64,000 nucleotides of DNA, from the NCBI GenBank assembly GCA_013140805.1, contig JABFRW010000033.1:245-64244 (forward strand). Reading direction: 5' to 3'. Below, piece after piece: positions 1 through 9,712 of this stretch (position 1 is the first letter of the stretch; each line of letters starts with the position of its first letter). The position numbers and the translations under genes were made by a program. This DNA is from Candidatus Eiseniibacteriota bacterium. Its GTDB lineage: Bacteria > Eisenbacteria > RBG-16-71-46. The notes under the pieces were generated by a model, which was not told the DNA's origin, did no database searches, and was given only the letters and a program-made list of their open reading frames with translations.

Positions 1-140
1 AGATCCGCCTCACTCGCTTTCATCAGCGCGACCTTCGCTTCCGCCACGTTGCGATCGAAGCTGGCGAGCAGCCGCTGGGTGGTCTCGTTGCTGTACTTGG
101 GCGCCTTCGACACGTCGAGCGAACTCTCGTGAGTGACGTT
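1..140 (-). other. Partial DinB/YfiT-family paralog segment; reading frame continues off the left edge of the window and lacks the N-terminal ~50 residues of the family
   Basis: nt 1-141 are ~90% identical to nt 2509-2649 (inside the DinB-family gene at 2323-2817). The minus-strand translation (...NVTHESSLDVSKAPKYSNETTQRLLASFDRNVAEAKVALMKASEADL) parallels residues 55-100 of that gene. Homology stops at ~141 and no in-frame start precedes it. Confidence 0.5.
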
Positions 141-157
141 CGCCTCCCGCGGCTCCC

Positions 158-2194
158 TCAGCGCGCAATCGCGAGACGGCGCGTCGTAATTCGCTCGGGA
201 GTTGAATACCGAACGAAGTAGATACCGGCCGGAACCCGGTCGTGTTTCGCCCGCCCGTCCCAATTCAACTGATAGCTCCCGCGTTCGTGGCGACCCTCGG
301 CGAGGTTCGCGATCTCGCGACCGGCGAGGTCGAGAATGCTCAGTCTCACCTCGGTCGGAGCAGTGAGGGCGAATTGAATCGTCACGGGTCCGCGGGACGG
401 ATTAGGCGATACGGCGGTCAGGCCGTCCTGAAGTCGCGGATGAGCTTCGACCACGATCGGCCCGAACGCCATGCGTTCGCCGTCAGGCGAGAGAGCTTCG
501 AGGCGATACCACCACGGGTTCCCGGCCTCGATCGAGTGATCCTCCGCCACACTCACGCCGGCCTCGCGACGAATCGCGGCGGTGACCGGTGTCCACGGAC
601 CGGTCGCATTCGACGCTCGGAAAAGCTCGACCTCTGAAAATGGCGAGGGGCCCGAGAACTCCCACGACACGCGAATGCCAGCTTCGATCGGCTCGGCGTC
701 GAAGCGCACGAGCATCGTCGCGGTGGGTGACTCCCCGATCGAAATCTTCCGGACGTACACATCGCCCTGGTCCGAGCGCGTGTCGACCCAACTCACGTAC
801 GCACTTCCCGGGCCCGCAGGTTCGAGGCGCGAGCCGCCCTGAAAGCCGGGCGCGGTGCACACGGCGAGTCGGTCCGAACCGCTGATTGGCCAGAGTGAGC
901 CGCCCGCATCGACTCGCTGTGCGAACAGATCGGTTTCTCCGGGCGTCAACGAGGAGTCGGACCACACCACCATGGCCCCGCCCGATCCATCCGTGACCGT
1001 GAGCGGCAGGTCGCCATTCGCGAGCGCAGCACCCACACGAACCCCGAGTGGATCCCAGCCCGGCGGAATCGTCGCGTCGGGGCGAATGCGCTGCACACGC
1101 ACATCCTCGTGCCCGGCGCCCGGAACGTAGACGTTCCATGCGGTCAGCACGCCGCCGAGTCCGTCGGCTGCCGACCATTGACCATGGAGCGAATTCCCAC
1201 TTGTCGAGTAGAGATTCCCGAGCGCCGGCCAACCGCTGGACGGAGTCCCCGTCGGACCAAGTCTCTGAACGAAACTCCCGGCCCGAGCATGCGGCTGATC
1301 GCTTCCGTCCCAAAGCACGAAGACGCCGCCCGATTCGTCTCCGACCATCCCGAACTCTGGATAGACGTCGAAGCCGCCGACGCCGATCCCGCTGGCCGGA
1401 ACGAGTGGATCAACCACACCAGCGGCAGTGACGTGCTGAAGAACTCGCAGGTACGTTTGGACGCTCAGCGACTGAGCCCGAGAGGCCGCCGCTGTACCGT
1501 CATCCGACCAACCCACCCACACGCCGCCGGAACCGTCGAGCGACAGCACGGGTTTGTCCTGCTCGTTGAATCCAGTCTTTGTCAGAACACCATCGGTGGG
1601 CCAGCCGGGATACGGTGAACCGTCGACTTGAAGTCGATGAACGCGCACGTGTCTCCAGCCGTCCCGAGCATCCGACCATGCGACGAAAACTCCGCCGGCA
1701 CCGTCCGCGAGAATCGTTGCACTCCAAATGGTGATCGGCTCGGGCGCCGGACGCAGCCCACCGGCCGGCCAATTGGAGTCGAGCTGGCCATTCGCGGTGA
1801 CGTGAGCGACGCGAAAGCCGCTGAAGGCGGGCCACAACACGAAGGCGCCGCCTGCTCCGTCCGACGCGATCGAGTGGTCGCGCCACAAGTAGAACAACGG
1901 CTGCGGCGAAACGCCGCCGTCCCCGACGCGGACGCCACTCGTAGGCCAGCCGGCTGCGAGGTTCCCTCCCGAATCGTAGCGAGTGACGTAGGTCGCGAAT
2001 TCCGTGTCGCTCAAGCTCACCCACGATACGAGCACGCCACCCGCGGGGTCGGCGCAGATCACCGTCGAGTACTGGAGACCGGCTCCGTCGCCGACTTTCG
2101 CGCCTTGCTCGGGCCAGGTCGCATGGGCGGCCGGGGCCATGACCGCGAGAGCCGACGCGATGCAGACGAGTCGGAATGCCAGTGGGATTCGCAT
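158..2194 (-). CDS. Secreted repeat protein with C-terminal FlgD-Ig/T9SS-type sorting domain (start moved to internal Met preceding the signal peptide MRIPLAFRLVCIASALAVMAPAAHA)
   Basis: Long ORF. ATG at 2194 opens a classic signal peptide. Internal ~50-aa repeats of type DG(A/S)GG..V.W.D.R.G. An FN3-like segment is followed by the C-terminal ...NPSRGPVTIQFAL...GIYFVRY... domain shared with 5 other proteins in the window. Confidence 0.7.
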   Translation of the reverse strand: MRIPLAFRLVCIASALAVMAPAAHATWPEQGAKVGDGAGLQYSTVICADPAGGVLVSWVSLSDTEFATYVTRYDSGGNLAAGWPTSGVRVGDGGVSPQPLFYLWRDHSIASDGAGGAFVLWPAFSGFRVAHVTANGQLDSNWPAGGLRPAPEPITIWSATILADGAGGVFVAWSDARDGWRHVRVHRLQVDGSPYPGWPTDGVLTKTGFNEQDKPVLSLDGSGGVWVGWSDDGTAAASRAQSLSVQTYLRVLQHVTAAGVVDPLVPASGIGVGGFDVYPEFGMVGDESGGVFVLWDGSDQPHARAGSFVQRLGPTGTPSSGWPALGNLYSTSGNSLHGQWSAADGLGGVLTAWNVYVPGAGHEDVRVQRIRPDATIPPGWDPLGVRVGAALANGDLPLTVTDGSGGAMVVWSDSSLTPGETDLFAQRVDAGGSLWPISGSDRLAVCTAPGFQGGSRLEPAGPGSAYVSWVDTRSDQGDVYVRKISIGESPTATMLVRFDAEPIEAGIRVSWEFSGPSPFSEVELFRASNATGPWTPVTAAIRREAGVSVAEDHSIEAGNPWWYRLEALSPDGERMAFGPIVVEAHPRLQDGLTAVSPNPSRGPVTIQFALTAPTEVRLSILDLAGREIANLAEGRHERGSYQLNWDGRAKHDRVPAGIYFVRYSTPERITTRRLAIAR

Positions 2195-2322
2195 GCGGGC
2201 CGTCTCGATCGGAGGGGTTGATTTCCGAGAAGCGTGATCGACCTGAAATGTTACGGCTCGCCCGCATCGCCTCAAAGGCGAATTTCTACAGAACTCAAGG
2301 AATTCGCGCGCGGTTGTGACTC

Positions 2323-2817
2323 TTACCCGCCCCACCCCTCATCCGCCGTCGGCCCGTAAATCGAGGGCACCGGCACGTCGAGCAGCCGGAAGTACACGGT
2401 GAGCTGCGCGCGGTGATGCACGAGATGGTTGATCGTCTGTCGCACCACCACGGATCGCGGCATCGTCATCAGCACCCTCTCGCCCATGGTGAGCGACCAG
2501 CCCACGGCGAGGTCTGCCTCGCTCGCTGCCATCAGCGCGGCCTTCGCCTCCGCCACGTTGCGATCGAAGCTGGCGAGCAGCGTCTGGGTGGTCTCGTTGC
2601 TGTACTTGGGCGCCTTCGACAGGTCGAGCGACGTCTCATGCACGATGTTGACGAGCCAGCCCGGCATGTTCGACACGAGCTGCGCCAGGTGTGCGAGCGA
2701 GAACGACTTCGTGTGCGGCTTCCACTCACCCTTGTCGCTCGGCACGCGTTCGAGCAGCCGCCGCGTGGTCGCCATCTCCTGATCGAACTCCGGAATCAGC
2801 TCTCCCTTGATGTTCAC
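2323..2817 (-). CDS. DinB/YfiT-family (DinB_2 four-helix bundle) protein; GTG start
   Basis: 164-aa ORF with a conserved His-containing DinB-family pattern (...VHHRAQL..). AGGGGGA RBS lies 4 nt upstream of the GTG. Confidence 0.75.
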   Translation of the reverse strand: MNIKGELIPEFDQEMATTRRLLERVPSDKGEWKPHTKSFSLAHLAQLVSNMPGWLVNIVHETSLDLSKAPKYSNETTQTLLASFDRNVAEAKAALMAASEADLAVGWSLTMGERVLMTMPRSVVVRQTINHLVHHRAQLTVYFRLLDVPVPSIYGPTADEGWGG

Positions 2818-2826
2818 GTTGTCCCC

Positions 2827-5241
2827 CTAAGGCATCAACACGACGCGCTTCGAAAACGCGCGATCGCCGACGATCGTCCGAACGAAGTACACACCTGCTC
2901 CGACTCGGCTTCCATCCGAAGCATCCCCGCGCCACGTCAGAGGCCAGCGCCCCGCTGCCATCGTCTCGCGCGCAAGTTCACGCACCAGTCGCCCGCTCGC
3001 GTCGTAGATCGCGGCATCCACGCGCGCCGCACTCGGCAGTTCCACTCGCATCGCGATGCCTGCACGTGAAGGATTCCCGGACGTGATCGCGAACGCGACT
3101 TCGCGCGGCAAGTCATCGCCCACCGCGGTCGTCCCCGCCGGCAGCACCAGCGCTGTCCCACTTTCGTTGCCATGGATGTCCACTGCCGACACGCGGTACC
3201 AGAACGGGCTCGCGCCCGCATCGATGTACCAGCTCTGCGTGGGCGATGCGATGCGATTCGCGATCGACGGCACGAAGCTGGGCGAAGCGCCGCGATACAG
3301 GCGATAGTTCGCGAGGTCCGCTTCGCCGTTCGCGTTCCACAACAGCGTAGAGCCGCCGCTCGACCAGGTTCCCGCGAAGCCGCTCGGAATGGTTGGCGGG
3401 AGGTTGTCCACCGAGTAGGCCGAGTCCTGGTTCGAGAACCAGTACACGTCAGGCACCATCGGGCCCGGCGCGTTGAAGTAGTCCACCGCTTCCACGAGTA
3501 GCTGTGTGCGCGGGTTCGATCCCGCGATCGAATCGCTCTCGGTGTCCACGGTCATGCTGTAGCCCGCGAAGTGCTGGGCCGCGACACCGCCCGCGTACTC
3601 CCAGTAGGTCGCGTTCACGCCCGTACCGATCTCGCGCAACAGACTCGCGCGGCCTGCTCGCTTGGCCGCCAGCGCGATGTTGGGCGGTACCTGCCGCCAC
3701 ACCTGGTACCCGCGCACCAGCGGATCCACCGAGTTCTCGAGCGGGCTCGCGTTCCAGCTCACCCGGACCTGTCCGCCCTGATCGTTCGGCACATCGCGTG
3801 CGTTCACGATGCGAGGCTCGGACTGCCCGATCTGTCCGAACTGATCGATGCGCTGGGCGCTGATCGTGTAGGTCGGCGAGTTCGTCACGTCGAACCAGCT
3901 CGCGAACATGCCGCTCTGCCCGGTCGGCGCCACCACCGCCGAGTTCACTGCGCCCGGCTTCGCGCACACCATGTTGCCGGTGGCGTTCCAGCCCGAGGGG
4001 CGTGTGCCGTTGGCCTTGAGTCGCATCGCCTTCACGGTGGCTCCAGCGCCACCCGAGAACTCGTGCCACAGGACGATCGCGCCCCCCTGGCCGTCCGGCG
4101 TCGCCGTCGCGGGAATCTGGTAGAACGCGAACGTGGCCACGATCGCAAGTCCTGACGACGGCCATTGAGGATCGATCATGCCGTTGAGCAGCAGGTGTGA
4201 GCCGTACACGTCGCCCTGGACGTCGGTGCGCAGGTCGTACCAGAACACGAACGCACCACCCGCTCCGTCCGACACCACGATGGCGGAGTTCTGCTCGTCG
4301 GGGGCGGCTCCCGATAGATTGCGAATCACGAATCCGCCCGAGGGATAGACGTGCGTGCTGTTGATCTCGCTCGACGCGCCCTGCACCTGAGTCCACACCG
4401 CGATCACGCCGCCGACGCCGTCGGGAATCGCGTTGAGCTGCTGAATCAGGCCAGCGGCGAAGAGCTCGGCGACGTCGCCCCCCGCAGCAAACTGAGCAAC
4501 GCCCGCTGAGTTCAACCGCTGTTTGTAGAGATTGTCGTTCGCCACGGTCAGGTCGCGCCACAGAATCCACATGCCGCCCACGCCGTCAGTGGCCGCGACG
4601 ACCTGGTCCTGAATCGACGTGTTTGAGGCGACCGCCAGGCCGCTCGCACCCCACTGCAGCACCCCTGAAGCATTGAGTCGCTGCGCGTAGGCGTCGGTGT
4701 CGCCGATCGAGAAGTTGTAGGTCCAGGCGAACATCGCACCGCCGGTGCCGTCCGGGACCAGGCCGAAGCGCGTGGACTGCGAGTTTGGCTGCGTGGCAAC
4801 GCGCACGCCGCCCGCCGTCCACAGTGCGGTGCCGGCGGAGTTGAGTCGCTGCGCAAAGATCGCGTCGACGCCGGCGACATTTTGCGCCCACGCGACGATG
4901 ACGCCGCCGGTGCCGTCCGCGACGAGCGTTCCATTGAACTGAGAGGGCGAGCCGGTGGCGATCGGCAGGCCGTTCGCGTTCCACAGCAGCGTGCCGTTCG
5001 CATCGATCCGCTGCGCGTAGACATCGCTGTTCCCCGACCGCTCGTCTGACCACACCAGGTAGTAGCCGCCGGCGCCGTCGGCGATCGAAGCGGTCGTGAA
5101 TCGCTGGCTCGCTGCCGAATAAATCGTGAGCGGTGATGCCGGATCGTTCGGCCACGCGGCGAGACACACGCCTGGAGTCAGCAGCGCCGCGAGGGCGCTT
5201 GCGAGAACGGTGAGGCGAAACCACGCCGACATCCGGGACAT
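2827..5241 (-). CDS. Secreted repeat protein (paralog of 158-2194 and 41018-43477) with DVPNDQGG module, FN3-like module and C-terminal sorting domain
   Basis: AGGAGG RBS 7 nt upstream of ATG 5241. Signal peptide MSRMSAWFRLTVLASALAALLTPGVCLA. About 8 tandem ~50-aa repeats (DGAGG..VAW......DIYAQR...G...W). C-terminus ...AGVYFVRTIV.... Confidence 0.8.
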   Translation of the reverse strand: MSRMSAWFRLTVLASALAALLTPGVCLAAWPNDPASPLTIYSAASQRFTTASIADGAGGYYLVWSDERSGNSDVYAQRIDANGTLLWNANGLPIATGSPSQFNGTLVADGTGGVIVAWAQNVAGVDAIFAQRLNSAGTALWTAGGVRVATQPNSQSTRFGLVPDGTGGAMFAWTYNFSIGDTDAYAQRLNASGVLQWGASGLAVASNTSIQDQVVAATDGVGGMWILWRDLTVANDNLYKQRLNSAGVAQFAAGGDVAELFAAGLIQQLNAIPDGVGGVIAVWTQVQGASSEINSTHVYPSGGFVIRNLSGAAPDEQNSAIVVSDGAGGAFVFWYDLRTDVQGDVYGSHLLLNGMIDPQWPSSGLAIVATFAFYQIPATATPDGQGGAIVLWHEFSGGAGATVKAMRLKANGTRPSGWNATGNMVCAKPGAVNSAVVAPTGQSGMFASWFDVTNSPTYTISAQRIDQFGQIGQSEPRIVNARDVPNDQGGQVRVSWNASPLENSVDPLVRGYQVWRQVPPNIALAAKRAGRASLLREIGTGVNATYWEYAGGVAAQHFAGYSMTVDTESDSIAGSNPRTQLLVEAVDYFNAPGPMVPDVYWFSNQDSAYSVDNLPPTIPSGFAGTWSSGGSTLLWNANGEADLANYRLYRGASPSFVPSIANRIASPTQSWYIDAGASPFWYRVSAVDIHGNESGTALVLPAGTTAVGDDLPREVAFAITSGNPSRAGIAMRVELPSAARVDAAIYDASGRLVRELARETMAAGRWPLTWRGDASDGSRVGAGVYFVRTIVGDRAFSKRVVLMP

Positions 5242-5310
5242 GAGCGACCTCCTGGTGAACGGGGTTCAATTCCTGCTCGTTCGGTCATGGAACGCAGCGA
5301 TAGGCAGCAC

Positions 5311-5328
5311 CTTCGGCCGCGGCCGAAG
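5311..5328. terminator. Perfect palindrome CTTCGGCCGCGGCCGAAG downstream of the DUF4301-like gene
   Basis: 18-nt perfect inverted repeat in the 5242-5378 intergenic region between convergent/tandem minus-strand genes. No clear U-tract follows. Confidence 0.25.
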
Positions 5329-5378
5329 CTACTCCGCGGCTCGAGGCTGCTCAATCGCTATGTTTCGAGCGGTTGCGC

Positions 5379-6938
5379 TCAGTCCGGCTGATGCGCGGGG
5401 CGCAACAGATCGAGCACGGTCTTGACCGGGTTGAACACCTCGAGCGGCACTTCGATGAAGCGCGTGTTCCAGTGCGCCATCGCGCCGTTCCAGAGTCCCG
5501 GGCGTTCGAGCACGCGCAGCTCGCGGCCACCTGCCGACTTGCGAGTCAGAATGATCGCGTCGGGGTCCACGAACGCGTTCAGGTCGTAGGGCTGGCCCGT
5601 GGCGCTTCGCAGCCCGCAGGCGAGAAACACCGGATTGAAGTGCGTCCCGGCTTCGAACGCCGCGCGTTGCGCCGGCACCCGCATATTGACCTGCGCGCTC
5701 TCAACGATCTGCGGTGACAGCGCGCCGTCGCGGCCGCGTACCCAGAACGGGCCGCCGCCCGGCTCGCCGGTATTCGGCACCATGCCGCAGATGCGCAGCG
5801 GGCGGGCGAGCGCCGCGCGAGCGTCACGCCGTCGAGACTCCGCGTCGCCGCTGATCACTGCCGGGCGATTGAGCACTTCGCGCACGAACGCGAGCGCTTC
5901 GTCCGCCGCGTCGGCCGACGCATCGAGCCGTCGCACCAGCTCCTGCACGCGCGACTCGGTCTCGGCGGCAAGGCCCAGCAGTACGCGCGCCCACTCGAGG
6001 CTCGGTTCCCGAACGCGTGCATGCGCGACGTTGTCGATGTTCTTGATGAGCACCAGGTCGGCGCCGCATTCCGCCAGATTGGCGATCAGCGCGCCGTGCC
6101 CGGCGGGACGCAGCGTCAGGTGGCCGTCGGCGTCGCGAAAGGGCTGGCCATCGGCATCTGCCGCGAGCGTGTCGGTGGCGGGATGTTGAGACGAGAAGCG
6201 CACCTCGAGCGGCGCCTCGATGCGCGCCTCGACGCGCGCCCGAACCTGCGCCAGCAGCGCCTCGAACAGCGTCCGATGCTGTGGCGACACGGTGGCGTGC
6301 AGGCAGCAGCGCTTCGATGCGGCGCGCACCACCAGCCCGGCCTCGATGAGCTGAGCTTCGAATGCGGTGCGGATCTCCGCGCCCTCGCGATGGAACGGCA
6401 GCACGCCTTTGGGGCGATTCGCGTAGTCGAGCGCGCGAGCGTCGAGCAGCGCCGCGAGGATCGGCGCGAATGGCCCCGATCGCGCGTGAGCTTCGAGTGA
6501 CGCGCCGGGCGTCATCTGAGCGAGAGTCTCCGCAAGCGCTTCGCGAAACGCGAAGCGAGGGAGTCCATCCAGAAACGCACGCAGCGCCTTCGCTTCGGGC
6601 TTGCCCGAGGCGGCCTGCGCGTCGAGTTCGGCCGGCGAGTCGGGGCGGCGCTCGGCCTGCACCTGCATCAGCTCCTTGAACATGCGACTCGCGGCACCCG
6701 AAGCCGGCACGAACCACTGCGCGCGACCCTCCGAGGCGGCATGCGCATGCGCGGCCAGCGCCCGTTCGCGCGTCGCGTCATCGAGCACTTCGATCCCGTC
6801 GCCTCGCGTGCACGGCCGTTCGAGCGTTGTCCACGCTTCGCCGCGTGCCAGCAGTGCGAGCTGGCGTTCGGCCTCGGCCGCGCTGATTCCGAGTGCCGCG
6901 AGCTGCGAGTGATCGGCGGGGGAAAGGGGGGAACTCAT
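5379..6938 (-). CDS. DUF4301-like protein (putative nucleotidyltransferase fold); start moved to MSSPLSPADHSQLAALGIS
   Basis: 519-aa product. The N-terminal motif ...QLAALGISAAEAERQL... and the FVPASGAASRMFKEL motif are reminiscent of DUF4301 and UDP-sugar pyrophosphorylase-like proteins. The annotated upstream extension is Cys/Ala-rich low complexity. Confidence 0.5.
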   Translation of the reverse strand: MSSPLSPADHSQLAALGISAAEAERQLALLARGEAWTTLERPCTRGDGIEVLDDATRERALAAHAHAASEGRAQWFVPASGAASRMFKELMQVQAERRPDSPAELDAQAASGKPEAKALRAFLDGLPRFAFREALAETLAQMTPGASLEAHARSGPFAPILAALLDARALDYANRPKGVLPFHREGAEIRTAFEAQLIEAGLVVRAASKRCCLHATVSPQHRTLFEALLAQVRARVEARIEAPLEVRFSSQHPATDTLAADADGQPFRDADGHLTLRPAGHGALIANLAECGADLVLIKNIDNVAHARVREPSLEWARVLLGLAAETESRVQELVRRLDASADAADEALAFVREVLNRPAVISGDAESRRRDARAALARPLRICGMVPNTGEPGGGPFWVRGRDGALSPQIVESAQVNMRVPAQRAAFEAGTHFNPVFLACGLRSATGQPYDLNAFVDPDAIILTRKSAGGRELRVLERPGLWNGAMAHWNTRFIEVPLEVFNPVKTVLDLLRPAHQPD

Positions 6939-7047
6939 GCCGGCAGTTTCGACATTGCGCGCCGCAATCTCAAGCGCGCACCATGGCGTCGTGCCGTGCA
7001 CCGTTCCGGCGCGGCGCCGATCCCCGACCGGGGAACAGGAGGCAGGC

Positions 7048-7779
7048 ATGAGAGCAACGAAGCGGTTTCTCATCGCAGTCGCGGCCGTGGTCGCCGCGGC
7101 CCTCGCTCCGCATGCAGCACAGGCACACGGCTGGGAGCTGGGCATCGCAGGCATCGGCCAGCAGAACGTCGAGATCCGCAAGTGTTCGACCGGCGCCCTG
7201 ATCACGACGGTGATGAGCCTTGCCGCCAATCCGGGATACTGCGGCAGCAACCTGCTCGTGAGCTTCAACAGCGCGGACGGTGGAGCCCAGGTCACGCTGG
7301 AGCCCGACGTTCAGTACGTCTTCACGTTCCAGAGCTGGGGCAAGTCGGCGTTCGTGATCGGCTCGATCGGAAACGCAATCGCCAACGACGATGTGTGGGG
7401 TTTGTCGAACAATTCGAGCCCGCCGGTCTGGAAACCCAACGGCTGCACCATCGGCGCAGACATGCAATGGGTCGGCGGATGGCCGAACGCAGCATGCGCC
7501 ACGCCGCCTCCGCCGCCACCTCCGCTCAGCGTCAACCTCGTGATCGATCACACGGTCCCGCAGGGAAGCAAGACCACCTACTACCTGGTCGCGACCGCAT
7601 CGGGCGGAACGGGGACCCACAATTTTTCGTGGTCCAACGCCACGCTGTCGAGTGCGGCGAACGTGAACCCCAGCACCGCGACTCGCACGATCCTCAATTC
7701 TCAGTCGGCCACGGTGACGGTCACCGTGACGCGCGGCACCCAGACGGCGACTCGCTCCATTCAGCTCGGCGGTCTCTAG
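7048..7779 (+). CDS. Small secreted protein: signal peptide, 4-Cys domain, PPPPPPP linker, Ser/Thr-rich tail
   Basis: GGAGG lies 5 nt upstream of ATG 7048. Signal peptide MRATKRFLIAVAAVVAAALAPHAAQA. Poly-Pro run at ~7500-7525. I recognise no homolog. Confidence 0.55.
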   Translation: MRATKRFLIAVAAVVAAALAPHAAQAHGWELGIAGIGQQNVEIRKCSTGALITTVMSLAANPGYCGSNLLVSFNSADGGAQVTLEPDVQYVFTFQSWGKSAFVIGSIGNAIANDDVWGLSNNSSPPVWKPNGCTIGADMQWVGGWPNAACATPPPPPPPLSVNLVIDHTVPQGSKTTYYLVATASGGTGTHNFSWSNATLSSAANVNPSTATRTILNSQSATVTVTVTRGTQTATRSIQLGGL

Positions 7780-7810
7780 CTTCAGGCGCTCGAGGTGCGG
7801 TGGCGCGTCG

Positions 7811-8221
7811 CTACCGCACCTCGAAGTGCTCGCGCAGGCACGCCGAGGCGCGCTCGAAGTAACGCTCCATCACCAGCAGGTAGTCGGTGTCGAAGGTCGA
7901 GAGCACGAACACCGGCAGTCCTGCCGCGGCGAGTGGTGCCGTGAGCCCCGCGATGACGCCGGTGGTTTCGAACGGCACCTGGCCCTCGATGACGAACGCT
8001 CGCCACGGCCGCTCGACCTTTGCGACCGAAGGTGGCACCGCTCCGTCGTCGCACACGATCGAAAGCTCGTCTGGCGTGCGAGTGACCGACCACACGGTGG
8101 CCTCGGAATGCAGCACCCAGGCGGGAAACGAGTCGTCCGGCGCCAGGCGGCAGACCGCGAGGCGTTCCGGAAGCAGGCGCAGCGTGAGCCGCGACGCAGG
8201 TGGTTCAGTCGAGGGGATCAT
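7811..8221 (-). CDS. ACT-domain protein (ACT_7 family)
   Basis: Family-typical N-terminus LTLRLLPERLAVCRL and C-terminus ...LPVFVLSTFDTDYLLV.... The start was chosen at ATG 8221; alternative in-frame starts exist at 8245 and 8341. Confidence 0.65.
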   Translation of the reverse strand: MIPSTEPPASRLTLRLLPERLAVCRLAPDDSFPAWVLHSEATVWSVTRTPDELSIVCDDGAVPPSVAKVERPWRAFVIEGQVPFETTGVIAGLTAPLAAAGLPVFVLSTFDTDYLLVMERYFERASACLREHFEVR

Positions 8222-8327
8222 CGCGCCGCATCGTCGTGCAGGCATTCCACCCGCGTCAATCGCGGATGGCGCCTGTGCTAAGGTGCCCGCTTTCTCGCGA
8301 ATGATTCCCACTCTCGGAGCCCTCTCG

Positions 8328-9695
8328 ATGGACGCCCTCACTACTTATCTCGAACAGAACCGCGAGCGCTTCGTCGAGGATTTGAAGGAATGCCTGCGAA
8401 TCCCCAGCGTGAGCGCGCAACCGGCGCACCGCGACGATTGCGTGCGCTGCGCCCGTTTCCTGGCCGACCACCTCAGGTCGATCGGCATGACGCACGCCGA
8501 GGTGGTTCCGACCGCCGGGCATCCGATCGTCTACGCCGAGTGGCTCGGGGCGCCGGGCGCCAAAACGGTCGTGCTGTACGGCCACTATGACGTTCAGCCA
8601 CCGGAACCGCTCGAGCTCTGGAAGACCACCCCGTTTGACCCCGAAGTGCGCGACGGCAAGTTGTTCGCGCGCGGCGCGGTCGACGACAAGGGTCAGGTCT
8701 ACATGCACCTGAAGGCGATCGAGGCTCACTTCAAGGTGAACGGGAAGCTGCCGGTCAACCTGAAGGTCGTGATCGAGGGAGAGGAAGAAGTCGGCAGCGA
8801 GCACCTCGATGCCTACCTCGAGGCGAACAAGGTGCGGCTCGCGGCCGATGTGCTGGTGGTGAGCGATACGGCGATGCGCGGCCCCGATCAGCCGGCGCTG
8901 ACCTACGGGTTGCGCGGCATCCTCTATACCCAGATCGAGGTCACGGGCCCGACGCACGATCTGCACTCCGGACACTTCGGCGGTGCGGTGCAGAATCCCG
9001 CCAACGCGCTCGCCATGATCATCGCGGCGCTCAAAGACGGCGAAGGTCGCATCACGGTGCCGGGTTTCTACGAGCAGGTGCGCGCGCTGGACGCGGCCGA
9101 GCGCGAACTGCTGCGCTCGACGCCGTTCGATGAGGCGGGCTTCATCGCCGAGAGCGGCTCGCCCATTGCGTTCGGCGAGCGCGGATTCAGCACCGTCGAA
9201 CGCATCAGCGTGCGCCCGACGCTCGACGTGAACGGCATGTGGAGCGGCTACATCGGCGAAGGCAGCAAGACCGTGCTGCCGTCGTTCGCGGCCGCGAAGG
9301 TCTCGATGCGCCTGGTGCCGGACCAGGATCCGGTCGAACTCTTCAAGCGCTTCGAAGCCTACGTGAAGAAGCTCGCCCCGCCCGGCGTGACGGTGAAGGT
9401 GCTCGACCTGCACGGCGCTCAGCCGTGGGTCACGTCGTACGACGATCCGATGCTGCAGTGCGCGCGTCGCGCACTCGACCGCGCGTGGACCAAGCCGGCG
9501 GTCATGATCCGCGAGGGCGGCTCGATCCCGGTGATCGCGAGCTTCCAGCGCATCTTCGGGATCCCCGCGATCCTGATCGGCTTCGGCCTGGACGACGACA
9601 ACGTGCACGCTCCGAACGAGAAGTTCTCGCTCACTTCGTTCCACGGCGGCACCCGCAGCGTCGCCTACCTCTATGAGGAGATCGCGCGCGGTTGA
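8328..9695 (+). CDS. M20 family dipeptidase (Zn-dependent, dimerisation-domain type)
   Basis: MDALTTYLEQNRERFVEDLKECLRIPSVSAQ matches the family N-terminus. Motifs HYDVQP, VDDKG and IEGEEEVGS (M20 metal ligands) are present. GGAG lies 8 nt upstream of the start. Confidence 0.8.
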   Translation: MDALTTYLEQNRERFVEDLKECLRIPSVSAQPAHRDDCVRCARFLADHLRSIGMTHAEVVPTAGHPIVYAEWLGAPGAKTVVLYGHYDVQPPEPLELWKTTPFDPEVRDGKLFARGAVDDKGQVYMHLKAIEAHFKVNGKLPVNLKVVIEGEEEVGSEHLDAYLEANKVRLAADVLVVSDTAMRGPDQPALTYGLRGILYTQIEVTGPTHDLHSGHFGGAVQNPANALAMIIAALKDGEGRITVPGFYEQVRALDAAERELLRSTPFDEAGFIAESGSPIAFGERGFSTVERISVRPTLDVNGMWSGYIGEGSKTVLPSFAAAKVSMRLVPDQDPVELFKRFEAYVKKLAPPGVTVKVLDLHGAQPWVTSYDDPMLQCARRALDRAWTKPAVMIREGGSIPVIASFQRIFGIPAILIGFGLDDDNVHAPNEKFSLTSFHGGTRSVAYLYEEIARG

Positions 9696-9712
9696 AGCCG
9701 AGCCGCGACCCC

